Shown piece after piece: positions 51,794-64,000 of a stretch of 64,000 bases of DNA (position 1 is its first letter; each line of letters begins with the position of its first letter). Under the pieces are notes generated by a model, which saw nothing but the letters and a program-made list of their open reading frames with translations, was not told the DNA's origin and did not search any database. The DNA comes from Hypanus sabinus (taxonomy: Eukaryota), in contig NC_082731.1 of assembly GCF_030144855.1 (NCBI RefSeq), positions 24,304,001 through 24,368,000 on the forward strand, given 5' to 3'. The translations under genes were made by a program, and so were the position numbers.

Positions 51794-52092
51794 AAGTACA
51801 GCACAATAATACCTTGTCAAATCATATAGTCCACTGCCAGGATTGAAAAACAATTCTCCATTTGTCTAACTTGTACTACATCAGCAAACCGCCCCTTAGC
51901 AAGAACTGCCTGAATGTCGTTGTAACCCCGTACGCATCGCCCGGCCACGATCTCGTCCTGTCTGCCTCGGTTTTGGCGATACCGAAATATGCAACATGTA
52001 TCACTGCTATCGCTGTGTGTGAAGGGAATGCGTTCGTGCTCAGAACCTCTGAATACGGACTCCCTCTGGGTCACGGTCAGAATCATTCAGAT
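51794..52092 (-). pseudogene. TRAV/TRDV: TCR alpha/delta-type V pseudogene (V2), paralog of V1
   Basis: VTQRESVFRGSEHERIPFTH..IFRYRQN...NDIQAVLAKGRFADVVQ..QME aligns to V1. The first Cys is changed to His and Trp to Arg. There is a 2-nt deletion near the 5' end and a 1-nt deletion before (G)LYDLTRYYCAVL. Confidence 0.93.
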
Positions 52093-52158
52093 CTTAAATA
52101 TATGGATAAATACGATTTATAACATTCATATTCAAAACTAATAGCTATCATCTTGCAC

Positions 52159-52200
52159 GTCTTTATAGACAAAGTATTAAAAAAGTTACAGAGAATTCAT
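52159..52200 (-). pseudogene. Leader exon of V2 (frameshift and stop)
   Basis: ATG at 52200. Restoring one base gives MNSLVTFLILCL*R, with donor C|GTGCAA and a 66-nt intron (52158-52093). Confidence 0.6.
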
Positions 52201-52231
52201 TGGTATCGGCGCGAATGCAAAATTTCACAAC

Positions 52232-52245
52232 ACTTCCTCATGTCA
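52232..52245 (-). promoter_or_regulatory. CRE-like plus ETS motif upstream of V2
   Basis: TGACATGA directly followed by GGAAGT, about 32-45 bp upstream of the ATG. CRE and ETS sites are typical of TCR V promoters. Confidence 0.4.
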
Positions 52246-52544
52246 TGTAATTAAGCGTCTGTCGTTCAGACGCAATTTCTACGGATTTTAAAATTGAAAC
52301 AGCACTGCAAAAAAATAATAAAAAATTCTGATGCAGCTGCCCATCAGATATAAGCGATACAGCTGTAGAGGCGGTCTCCCCATGTCCACCTTTGTCTACT
52401 CTAAAATAAGAATGACCTCAACTGTCTATATTCACATGAAGGCATTTAGGACCCCTGATGATGGTTTCAATTTATGGATGATATACCTAAATCTCACAGG
52501 TGACACTAAAAGTCGGAATTTGCTATGTTCGCAAACAGGAATAA

Positions 52545-53870
52545 ATCTGCAGATGCTGGAAATTCAAGCAACATACAGAAAATGCTGCTGGAACGCAGCA
52601 CGTAAGGCAGCAACTATAGGAAGAAGCACAGACGACTTTCGGGCAGAAACCCTTCGTCGGGACACAGAACAAATCAGAGCTATAGGAAGAGGTGAGATTG
52701 TAATTGGAACAATGTGTGGTGAAGTCGAGACGGTTAATGATCCATCGGCAGCTGGCAATAAAAGGATCCAGAGCAGGCTGAAAACCAGTGAGGGGTATCC
52801 ATGAAGAGCAATAGTGGTGAAGACGGTATAAGGGGTCCTCAGTGGTGTGAGAGAAACCTTGCCGAAGAAGCAGGCGCGAAGACGGAGCCGGCGAAGTACA
52901 GTTCAACGTCATGGCGTACGTGGAACTCGCTGAGGTGTTTAGCCAAGGGGAACAAAGGTAAGGTCCTCACTGAGGACAGTGCGCTCTTACTCAGAGAGTT
53001 GAACGTCGGAGGGGAGGGTAAAGACCAGGCACGGATGAGAGGTGGCTTCAGAGGTGGAAAGAAGGCTGTTAGTATCAGTGGAGAAGGAAAAATTGGGGTG
53101 AGAGGAAGATGAGCCTCTGAGAGTCTTGCTGCTGACAATGTGATCTGATGGAGAGAATGGCGGAGTGGTGGTGAGGGATGGGGTGGACGGGAGTCACAAT
53201 TGCAATGCGTAAAGACCCGGCCTATAGTTCAAGGGGGGAGTCGCCGTTGGAGGCCGCACAATCGCATCGAAGGTGTCTATGGTCGTTGGAACTCGAATGT
53301 ATGGTGCTTCAGCCCGGGATTTGAATATGCCCTGGGTTGGTAGGGCAGCCAGGGTCGACGGCCAGGTCAGGGACACGGAATTCCTGTCTGCTAGTGACAA
53401 AGCCGATAGGCTCTGAGGCCTGCCGATGGAAAAGCTTGCGAAAACAAAACAAAAAAATCTTGCAATCCTTGCAGGACGTGACAAAGTACAAGAAACGCGT
53501 GGATCTGAGGAGGATGAAATAACGGACAGGTCCATTATATACGGCGAAGAAAATGTGCCCAGAGGCATGGAACGAATCATGGCAAATAGTGTCGCCCTCA
53601 GAGCTTAACTGGACAAACAACGGGTGGCGGAGTCAATTAAATGTCAGTACCTGGGATCCGCAGAAGTTCCGAAGCGTACTGAAAACCAACTGGGAAGCTC
53701 GAAAAGGGATCCTGAAGTCAACTGGAGTCAGATGGTGGAGGAGACACGATGCAAGGAAGGGTATATGGCTGTGATAGCGGTTCTGGGTCAAAATATGATC
53801 GGAAAGTTGAAGCACTAAAGAAGTTATAGATGGGGTGCAGTGAGAGTCGGATTCACTGAACTTCCGACGA
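52545..53870 (-). mobile_element. Internally deleted Penelope-like element
   Basis: The ORF N-terminal relic (SEFHVRHDVELYF, then RRLRLRACF after a frameshift; DPFIASCR) is joined directly to a terminal repeat (CCCGACGAAGGGTTTCTGCCCGAAA...CCAGCATCTGCAGA). Confidence 0.7.
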
Positions 53871-54247
53871 AGAGAAGATATATGTTCTGCTATGTTCGTT
53901 TTATGTCAATATATTAAAAAGGATCAACTTCTTACAAATGATCAATGTGACCCAGAGCGCAGAGAGTTCCATTTTCATTTCCACCATATAGGCAGTTACT
54001 TCAAATTTTCAGGAGCCTATTTGTCATTAATGAAATGAATAATGAAGCGCAGAATGAGTACTAAATCGTCACTTCCTGAAGATCTCAGGGGTGTTTTCTG
54101 CCTTCTGAATTTGGTTGTTGGTGTTTGAGTGCTAGACGAGAGTGAAGCGCGTGAAGTGTTCATGGAATTTAAACGGTAAACTAGTGGAATGAAGATCAAA
54201 ATCTGAAAAAGGAAGCACCGAGTGTATGTTTCATATACATGATAAAT

Positions 54248-54432
54248 NNNNNNNNNNNNNNNNNNNNNNNNNNNNNNNNNNNNNNNNNNNNNNNNNNNNN
54301 NNNNNNNNNNNNNNNNNNNNNNNNNNNNNNNNNNNNNNNNNNNNNNNNNNNNNNNNNNNNNNNNNNNNNNNNNNNNNNNNNNNNNNNNNNNNNNNNNNNN
54401 NNNNNNNNNNNNNNNNNNNNNNNNNNNNNNNN
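54248..54432. other. Assembly gap (185 N)
   Basis: Run of N. Confidence 1.
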
Positions 54433-54949
54433 GCTGCTATTATTGTTATTGAAAGGGATGAAGCATGCCAGTACATTACATGATTCTGCAGCAACTTCAA
54501 TCAATCTGACCGCTGCGTTCGACGCAATCAAATGGCAGGCATCATTCACCAAAATGTTACTTTAAAACAGAAACTCCGAAAATATAACAGAACTTATAAT
54601 GAATGCAAATCTGTTTCAGATTCAGGTCGGAATGCCAGAAATTATATTTCGACCGATCTAGTATGTTGAGTGGAATAGAGAAGGCTGATGTAGAGAGAAT
54701 GTTTCTTTTTTTTTGGTGGGATGGTGTGGGGAGGGAGGTATCCACAAATAGAGGACAGCACCTCAAAATTTAGAGCAGTCGTTAGGAGGATTATTTCTGT
54801 TATTTTTTATAAAACCTGCCAGACTGTTGTGAACCTGTGGACTGCTCTGTTATACACTGTGGTCGAAATCTGGTCCGTTAGAACTGAAAGCTGAATTTGG
54901 TTGTTTCCTGATTGTAGAGACCATCAAACAATATGCATAGTTTTAACAA

Positions 54950-57110
54950 CTAGAGAAGGGGCAATGTTGGATCTGCTGTTAGGGAATGGGGTAGGTCATG
55001 TGACTGGAGGCTCTGCGGGTCCAGTGATCACAATGCCATTAGTTTCAATATGATTATTGGGAAGGATAGGACATGACCCCGGGTCGAGATATTTCATTGC
55101 AGAATGTCTACCTTTGCGGAGAAGGGAAATTAATTAGAAGGAGTGGATAGGGACAATTTGTTTTATGGAAAGGATGTAACAGAGAAATAGAGATAATTTA
55201 AAGCTGAAATTTTGAGTGTACAGAATCTTTATGTTGCTGTTAGGTTGAAAGGAAAGGTTAAGTTTGAGAGAGCCATGGTTTTCAAGGGAATCGTGAGAAA
55301 GAAATTAGAAAATCTAAAAGAAGATATGAGGTTGCTTTGGCACATACTCTGAAAATAAATACAAAGGTTATCTATAAATATCTTAATAGCTAAGCGATAG
55401 TGAGGGATAAAATTGGTCCCTCGGAGGATCAGCGTGGCCCGCTATGTGTGGAGCCAAAAAAATGGGGGAGAATTTGAACAATTCATTTTCTTCGGTATTC
55501 ACTAAGGAGAACAACACTGTATTGTGTACTGTACGGGAAACTAGTAGGGAAATTATGGAAACCTGTGATGATTAAAAAAGCGGAATTACTGGGGCTTCTA
55601 AAGAATATAAAATTGGATAAGTCTCGGGGTCCAGATAGAATTTAACTAGGACCTTGAGGAATTTAGTGTAGAAACATCAGAGGTTCTGACAGAATTATTG
55701 CAATTGTCTTTAGAAACTGGGATGTTGTCAGAGGATCGACGTATTTCTCAAGTCGTTCCATTGTTTAAAATGGGTTCTAGGAGTTAACATAGCAATTATC
55801 GGACTGTAAGTTTGAAGTCAGATGTGAGTATTCTTAGAGATGGTATGTATAATTATGTGGATAATAACGTCTGGTTAGCAACAGTCAGCATGGATTAGTG
55901 TAGGGAAGTGTATGATGGACAAACCGTATTGATTTTTTTGAAGAGCTAACCAGGAAAATTGACGAGCTTAACGCAGTGGATGTTGTCTATATGGTCTTCT
56001 GTGTCCCTTGGCAAGATTCCTCATGGATGGTTATTTAGGAAGGTTCAATCGTTAGGTATCATTATCAAACTAGTAAAATGAATTAAACAGTAGCTGGATT
56101 GAGATGCCAGAAAGTACTGGTGGATATCTGTCTGCCAGATTGAACGCCGGTGAATGGTGTTGTGCCTCAGGGATCTCTACCTTTTCCAGTGTTGTTTGTC
56201 ATATACATTATTGATCTGGATGTTGGGATGGTAATTTGAATTAGTAGATATGCAACAGATACTAAGATAGTCGGCTTTCTGGATAATGAATTAGTTTTTG
56301 AAACCTTGCAGAGAGATTTAAGCCAGTTAGAATAGCGGGCTGAATGATGGCAGATGGATTTTAATGCTGATAAATGTGAGGAGCTTCATTTTGGTAGGAA
56401 TATTCAAAATAGTACATAAAATGTAAATGGTAGGGCATTGAGGAATGCAGTAGAACACCATCATCCAGGAATAATTGTGTATAGTTCCCTGATGGTGGAA
56501 TCTCATGTAGATAGGCTTTTGAAGAAAGCTTTTGGTATGCTGGCCTTTATGAAGCAGTGCACTGGGTTTAGGATGTTTATGATTTTTGGATGTAATGCTA
56601 AGATTGTAGAAGACATTGGTGAGGTCAAATTTGAAGTATTGTTAACATTTCAGATCACGGAATTATAGGAAACATTTCAACAAAATAAGGACAGAACAGA
56701 GCAGATTTACTAAAATGTTGCCTTCGTTTCAGAATCTAAGTTTCAGCGAAAAGTTGAATTTAGGTCTTTATTCTTTGCAGCGTAGAAGGTTGAGTGGGAA
56801 CTTCATTGAAGTATTCATGTTTATGAGGGGGAATTGGTAGATTTGAAGTGGATAGGCTTTTATCCTTGACAGTAGCGAGATTCAAACAAGAAGATCTGAG
56901 TTGAATGTCAAGGGGCTAGCGTTTGGCAGTAACACAAGGGGGAGCTTATTTACTCAGAGCCAGTTGGATGTGTAGACCGAGCTTCCGGTAGAACTGGTGG
57001 AGGCATGTTCGATTTGTCATTAAAAAAAAAATGGATAGGTATAAGGATAGGAAAGGAATGGAGGGTTATGTACTGAGTGCAGGTAGGTGGGACTATGTGA
57101 GAGAGGCGTC
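54950..57110 (+). mobile_element. CR1 LINE, same family as 32660-34560
   Basis: Colinear similarity (GAGAGAGCCATGGTTTTCAAGG, GTGTGGAGCCAAAA, ORF 56438-56668) through to the 3' UTR. Confidence 0.85.
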
Positions 57111-57224
57111 AGGAACGGATTAGAAGGAAATTCAGGCTGAACAATAATCTGAGGCAGGTCAGTCGTAAGACAAAGGAATGGTAGATTTTTTAAGGAATCT
57201 AAGCAAGCATTGCTTACTGAACAA

Positions 57225-58030
57225 CACAAAAAGAAAATGCAGGTAGAATCAGCAGGTCAGGCACCATCGATGGAAAAGTGCAGTCGACTGTCTGACATAA
57301 TTCCTTCACCAGGACTGGAGAACAAAAAGAAAAAAAAAACAACGACGAGGACCTGATTTGAAAGCGGGTGAGGGGAGAGAGAATCGTCGGGTTGAAATCT
57401 GAGATTGTGCGAAAGGGCAAAGTTTACGAACGTGAATTTTGAAAGCGACCGAAAGCCATGGAAAAGAAAGGTATTGGTGGTGTAGCGTGTGGGGGGTGGG
57501 GGCGCAAGACGGAGGTTGTGGAAACAAGGCAATGAAAAGAAATGGTGAAGGGGGGAGATGGCATAAATTACTGAATCCTTGAAAAATCGATGTTCATGCT
57601 TTCAGGTTGAAGTGTACCCAAACGAAATATAAGCTGTTGTTCTTCCAACCTGAGTGTGGCCTTTCCTGGACATTGGCGCATGCCCTGGATATACAAATCA
57701 GAATGAAAATCGGAAGTGTAATGAAAATGGGCGATCTCGCTTGTCCTGGCGAAAAGGGCACAGATACTTGGCAAGTCGCTCGGCGATTCTCGTTTCCCAG
57801 TTTACGACGGGTCACCCCGATAAACAAGAGGACACTCCGGGAGAACCGAAGACAGTATATGACCCTGAGAGACTCACACGTGAAGAGTCGTACAACTGGA
57901 ATGACTGCTTGGGGCACTGAATTGCAGAGACGGATGATGTGCAGGGGCAGATATAGCACTTGTCCCGCTTGCAAAGGTCAGTGCCAGAACGGAGATCAAC
58001 ATTTTTCTCCAGTCGTGTTGAAGGGTATAG
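57225..58030 (-). mobile_element. Penelope-like element 3' part with GIY-YIG endonuclease
   Basis: FTCESLRVIYCLRFSRSVLLFIGVTRRKLG and LRLEEQQLIFRLGTLQPESMNIDFS, followed by a 3' UTR/terminal repeat. Confidence 0.85.
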
Positions 58031-59950
58031 GCTGTAAATAATTTCACAGCTGTTGCCTTGCCTGCTGATTTCTTCCGGCATTTTATGTCTCTTGCTCGGA
58101 TTTCCAGCTTCTACAGATTTTTTTTTCTTATTTGTGAATAGCTTCCTGTTAATGCTGGTACCGAGGACATGAATGTGGTGAGGATTTACATGCACTTGAA
58201 GATGCACCTGATGACAGGCGAGTGGAGTACCAACCTAGGGGTCTGTGTACAAGGTCGAAAGTCGCTTCTAATTGCCGAGGAAATGAATGTCCTTTGGAGT
58301 ATCAGGTCTCTCCTTCACTTGCTGTACCAGTGTATTTTCCCCAGTAAAAAAATTATCTGCGTTGGTGGGCTGGGTCAATGGTACAATAAACAGATTAGGA
58401 AGTCTGTTATTGGAGTCAAAATGCACACATTGGAGGCTGGGGTTGAGCAAAATACCTCACGGAAACCCCTGGCAATTCCACGTATTTTTTCTCAGCCTTT
58501 GCGTGCCATTTTGGCTGAATTGCGTAGCAATTTTTGTATTAGACTAAGAGAAATGCTTTGCTCCAAAGAGCTTTCAGTGATATCGTGCACGTGTAGAAAG
58601 TCTGAACTTTACACCGAGTTAAACCGTAGTCAATGACGGCAAAGATCGCATTAAACAATCCTTTTACTCTTCACTTTTCAACATTAAATTATCGTGAAAA
58701 CAGTTTATAAAACAATACAAAATATATACAGTATTTGTTTCCTTCTTGGTATCATTTACATCATAAATACTTGAAAAAATACAACTACAACAAAAAGTAT
58801 TACATTAACGTACAACAAAGTCAAAACCTAGCTACGCCATCAAAAACTTTAAATGCACTTCAGCTCAAACTATCCAGCAACGCTTTCAATAGCACAAGAA
58901 AATAAACCTTATCAATCTTCGTTATATTTAACAGAATCAGTGTTAAAATTTTTACTTCAAAATATCGATTGTCATCTGAACTTAGTTTTGCTACTCTGAT
59001 GTTTTTTTTTTCGCGTAGAATGAAACCTTTCTCGCGCTGATCCTGCACACACAAGCCCCCTCCTTCCCGTTTCTGCAAACCGTTATTTTCCCAGAAGACG
59101 CGGCGAAACCAGGTGTGAGATCATCGCATGACGCGATACATCACAGATAATGAATTTACTTCCAACAACTGCAATGTATTTATCAACCTTAACTTTAACT
59201 AGAAAATAATTACAAACATATTACCAAAGCGAAAATGTAATAAAGCTAAACAAATGCCTTAATGGGAACACAGAGCTCTATCTGAGTTGATTCTTACTCT
59301 CCGCCATTGGCCTCTATAATGAGTGAACTTATAGGTGTGGATGTGCTGACACGCTACTGTTGGAAAGATGGTGGTAACGTAGTTATTACTTTTGCTATTA
59401 AAATATGTTTTCAGTGCACTTGTAATGCTAATGCGGCACTGTAAACTATTTTGGGGTCAATAAGCTATCGAGCAAAACCGCTATCTAACCTCATATTGAG
59501 CCTCAGCAGGGTTCATATTTGGTTTGGTTCTACTTTACCGCTCTTCCCTGAAACAAGGCACAACCAAGGTGCGTTAGCAGAATCCCATGTGGAGACCGGA
59601 ACGATAGTTAATTCATTAGAATTGCTCCTGAAATTGGAAGGCTTGTCACAAATACATTTTCAGAATATTTGGCAACGGCATACCACAATGCCCAGTAAAA
59701 AGCGCTAGTGTGGAGCACTTTAAATACACATAGCATGGAGTATATTGTTTCAAGTAAAACAGAACAAGACCGAAACAGATTCAGGTCAAGCAATCATTAA
59801 CAAACACCTGTGGAGAACTCGCATGAGACAAAATTTCAAGCCTCTTCTTTGGCGAAGTACTCGTGAAGCTTTGAGTCTATTACAAACCCTTGCCAATTAC
59901 TTTAATTATGTGTTTATTCTTCACATTCACATTCACAACAGTTTCCCGTT

Positions 59951-60166
59951 NNNNNNNNNNNNNNNNNNNNNNNNNNNNNNNNNNNNNNNNNNNNNNNNNN
60001 NNNNNNNNNNNNNNNNNNNNNNNNNNNNNNNNNNNNNNNNNNNNNNNNNNNNNNNNNNNNNNNNNNNNNNNNNNNNNNNNNNNNNNNNNNNNNNNNNNNN
60101 NNNNNNNNNNNNNNNNNNNNNNNNNNNNNNNNNNNNNNNNNNNNNNNNNNNNNNNNNNNNNNNNNN
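59951..60166. other. Assembly gap (216 N)
   Basis: Run of N. Confidence 1.
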
Positions 60167-60249
60167 CTCTCTTTCTTTTGCTATCTATCTGGCAATTTGA
60201 TTGACTGCCATGATTGCACACATCTTATATTCTATTTTTTATTCTATGC

Positions 60250-60332
60250 TTTCCAGATCTTTGGCATCTTTTTGTCACTTACCTTGCACTTTTTCCAGAT
60301 CTTTGGCATCTTTTTGTCACTACCTTGCACTT
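60250..60332. repeat. Two-copy tandem repeat, unit about 43 bp
   Basis: TTCCAGATCTTTGGCATCTTTTTGTCACT(T)ACCTTGCACTT occurs twice. Confidence 0.93.
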
Positions 60333-61339
60333 ACAACCATCTTTCAATGCCCTCATACATTGTGTTCTCTGTCGTTTTCTTAATGATGTTCTCTGTTTAT
60401 GCTGACCTGTTACGTCAACCAAAATCAGCGCAACCATCTCAAAATATATATATCCTCCATGACATAACTGTGGAATGGTGTGTCGTATATTATTTATTAT
60501 CGCAAACTATATCTTCGCTAATTTCCAGATAAGCTTTTGTCATTCCTCGTCTTTAATTCGTAAATGTGCCCTAGGAGCTTCATATAGATTCCGAAATGCA
60601 CGTTAGAATGATTCTCGGTGTCGTCTGCCTCCTGCAAGCCTTATCAATGCTATTCTATAAACGATGTTCATCATATTGTTGATTAATATTCCTTTTTACA
60701 TCCACCTCCCTTCCCATGTGGTATAGCTGGTGTCAAATTTCGTGATCTCGTAACCAATGCAAATTCAGTCATATCAATATGAAGATGCAATCTGCTTGTT
60801 GGAGCAGTGTATTATTAGATTTTTTTTTTAAAGTCTTGTGTTAATTATACAAATTGAATTTCACATGTATGAAGTTGACGCACAAATCAGTTGTTAAGTT
60901 TGAAGATAGATGCTCAGTATGTTTGCTTTATTCATCTAGCAGTACTTCTACTTTATGAAATCTGCTTTGCTGTATGGAGTCAGGTATTGGCGGAGAACAA
61001 AATTTCACATTGAATGTTTTAATCACGAGTGTTTCAAATAAATAAACGATATCCATTTAAGCATCCTGACTTCTATCATTGCGCTAGATATTATTCTAAG
61101 GGCAACTCCACTTGTGTCTTCATGTGTTTTTTTTTACCACTGTTGTTACAGATTTGTTTTTCTTTAGTTTTAACACGACCTTTAACAATGCGCGCAGGTC
61201 GGAAAAAAACTGATCATTACCTGATAAACTATATGATTCAATGTGAATTATCAGAAACATTATTCAGCTTTACTGCCAGCTCAATTCGTCCCTTTGCAAA
61301 TTTCTTATGCTCAATCAGAAGAATATCTACGTTTACAGA

Positions 61340-64000
61340 AAATGAGGGTGGAGGGAGGGGGGATTTTTCTTTTCTTTTTTTTTTTTGCTTGCTTTTTGCA
61401 TAGTTTTAATTCATGGGCCTATATGAAACTACAAAAATGGTTGCAGTGCCGTGACTTCCGGTTTTTTTCCTTGAACTCACTTCCTTCTTCCTGTTTCATG
61501 AGTTCACTTTTTTTTTAAACTTATGTGTTAACTGTAATACATATTGTCAATATGGATAGGAGTATTAATTTTGTTTCTTGGAATACTAATGCTTTAAATC
61601 ATCCCATCAAACGGAAAAAAATATTCAAAGTATTCCATAGAATGAATGCTAAAGTTATTTTTGTACAGGAGACTCATGTAAGGACGGTGGATAGTCAACG
61701 ATTTTTAGGTTTTGGAAGGGTCAACAGTATCATGCAAATTCGCAAGCAAAGTAAGAGGAGTTTCTATTTTTATAGACTCATCAACTTCTTTTATAGATCA
61801 TGAAACAATTTCAGATCCACAAGGTAGATTTTTGTTTATGACTGGTCTACTTTTTAATCAAAGGTTGTTTTAGTTAACGTTTATGCTCAAAATACTGATT
61901 GTCCTGAATTTTTTAAATGCTTATTTACATCCTTTCCTAATGTGAATCAATATAGACTGATAATGGGTGGGATTTTAATTGTTGTTGAAACCCTGTGATG
62001 GACAGATCCAAGCCTACCCAAACTCTTGCGAATAAATCGGCTTCTCTTATTAACTCTTTTATGATTGATTCAGCTATTTGTGAAATTTTGCGGTTTCTAC
62101 ACCCTAAAGACAAAGAGCTTTCATACATTTCCCATGTTTATCATAATTACTCAAGAAGTGATTACTTTTTCATTGATCACCATTTACCTCACTGACGTTA
62201 CTGATTGTAAATATGACTATATTACCATATCTGATCATGCACCTCTGTAGGTATATCTATTAAAATAACGGATTCACATATCAATGCTAAATTTTGGAGG
62301 TTTAATCCTATTTTATTTGCAGGATTTAGACTTTGTTAACTTTATTAGTCAAGAAATTGATTTGTTTTTCGCAACAAATTCTACAGTAGAGATCTCTAGT
62401 GGAATTTTGTGGGATACTTTTAAAGCATATATTCGTGGACAGAATATTTCATACTCTGCCTGCAGTTAGGAAACGAACTAATACAAAAATATTAACATTA
62501 TTGATAAAATCAAAGCAATTGATAAATTTATTCAATGACCCCTAGTAAAGAACTTTATGAAGAAAGAGTTGTACTTCAAATGAACATAGTTTATTATTAT
62601 CCTCTTCGATTGAAAGTCAGTTAATTAAATCCAAAACTCAATTCTATATGCATGGAGATAAGTCTGGTAAATTATTGGCTAACCAATTGAAAATTGTTTC
62701 GGATAAACGACAGATTACTAGAAGTCGTAAACAAGATGGTACTTTGACGGTCGACCACAAATAGATAAATAGAGCCTTTCAAGATTTTTATAACTCCTTA
62801 TATCAATCAGAATTCACGAAGGACTCTTCTATAATAAATGAATTTTTAAGGAAATTGAATATTCCAAAAATAACTTGAGGATAATATAATTTTAGATACA
62901 CCTATTACGAAGTCTGAAATAGAAAAGCGTATTTTTATGTATTCTGGTAAAGCTTCTGGTCCAGATAGTTTTCCTGTAGAATTTTTAAATCTTTTTCTTC
63001 TATACTTTCTCCTTGTCTTTTTAAAATTTTTGAAGATGTATTAAGTGTAGGTAAATTACCACAATCTTTTTTGTGAAGCGTCTATTTCCTTAATTCTTAA
63101 AAAAGATAAATACCCTACTGAATGTGCATCCTATCGACCAAAATCCTTATTAAATACGGATTTTAAGATTTTCAGTAAAGTTTTGGCTATTAGATTAGAA
63201 ATATATTACCTCGAATTATTTCTGAACATCAGACTGGATTTATTAAAAATTGTTTTTCATCTTTTAACATTAGAAAATTAATTAATATTATTTATACTTC
63301 TTCATCTAAAGTACCAGAATGTGTTATTTCCTTAGATGCTGAAAAAGCATTTGACAGATTTGAATGGCCATATTTATTTACTACAATGCAACAATTAATA
63401 TTCCATAAACCGTTAGCTTCGGTTTTTACCAATAATCAAAGATCCCCTTTTATCAGCTATTTCGTGGTACAAGGCAAGGTTGCCCTTTTAGTACTTTACT
63501 ATTTGGCATTGCTTTAGAACCGTTGGCTATAGCTATTCGTGATTCACTAATATTCTGGATACGACCCGTGGGGAGAGAACGTATAAAGTATCATCGTACG
63601 CTGATGATTTGTTAATATATATATCTGACCCTGAAAAATCTATTACTGCTATTTCGTCTTTGCTTGTTCAATTTAGTAATTTTTCTGGTTATGAATTGAA
63701 TTTTAACAAGAGTGAACTATTTCCATTAAATATGCAAGTTCCAATTTATAAACATTTAACATATAAAATTGCTACAGATTATTTTACTTATCAAGGTATT
63801 AAAATTACTAAAAAACATAAAGATTTATTTAAGGTTAACTTTTTACCTTTAAGTGACCATATTAAGCAACTTGCTATTAGGTGGTCTCTACTATCTTTGT
63901 TATTGGCTTGTAGAGTTAATGCTATTAAGATGATGACATTTCCTAAATTCTTATATTTATTTCAAGCATTACCAATTTTTTTTCCTGAAGTTTTTTTTTT
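61340..64000 (+). mobile_element. L1 LINE copy (spacer + ORF2, runs off the window), same subfamily as 22064-27840
   Basis: ORF2 ATG at 61552 (MDRSINFVSWNTNALNHPIKRK). It is colinear with the reverse complement of about 23650-26400 and has no ORF1 upstream. Confidence 0.93.

Noticed and set aside
51985-52000. Two Cys in the CDR1 region of V2, recalling the NAR-TCR supporting V-delta
   Set aside because: They sit in a pseudogene that also lost the invariant Cys and Trp. V1 has Asn-Tyr there, so decay explains them.
58630-59145. LTR-like AT-rich segment ending ...TACATCACA
   Set aside because: I could not define a matching left end or a TSD.
59451-59700. VHIWF ... LKLEGLS ... CACAATG, possible V end
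   Set aside because: There is no Cys, and no nonamer at 12 or 23 bp.
48246-60221. ORFs containing runs of X
   Set aside because: They are translations through assembly gaps.

Overview
Vertebrate nuclear DNA. It is most likely a cartilaginous fish, probably a ray; this is inferred from the V-gene type and the CR1/Penelope repeat content, not from a search. The window is a transposon-saturated part of a T-cell receptor variable region. Two clear, paralogous TCR alpha/delta-type V segments point towards each other about 41 kb apart. V1 (10222-10523, +) has an open V exon and a good 23-bp-spacer RSS, but its leader exon and promoter look decayed. V2 (51794-52092, -) is a frameshifted pseudogene that still keeps its 23-RSS. 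I found no convincing D, J or C segment. Several faint V-like relics lie in the unique DNA between repeats (low confidence). Most of the rest is retroelement debris: many CR1 LINEs, a near full-length L1 plus an inverted copy, and Rex1/Babar and Penelope fragments. There is also an LTR retrotransposon with both LTRs, a 4-bp TSD and the unusual Gmr1-type order (integrase before RT), and a tandemly duplicated solo LTR. Three N gaps are present. No rRNA, tRNA or CRISPR was seen. Repeat boundaries were read by eye and are approximate unless stated as exact.
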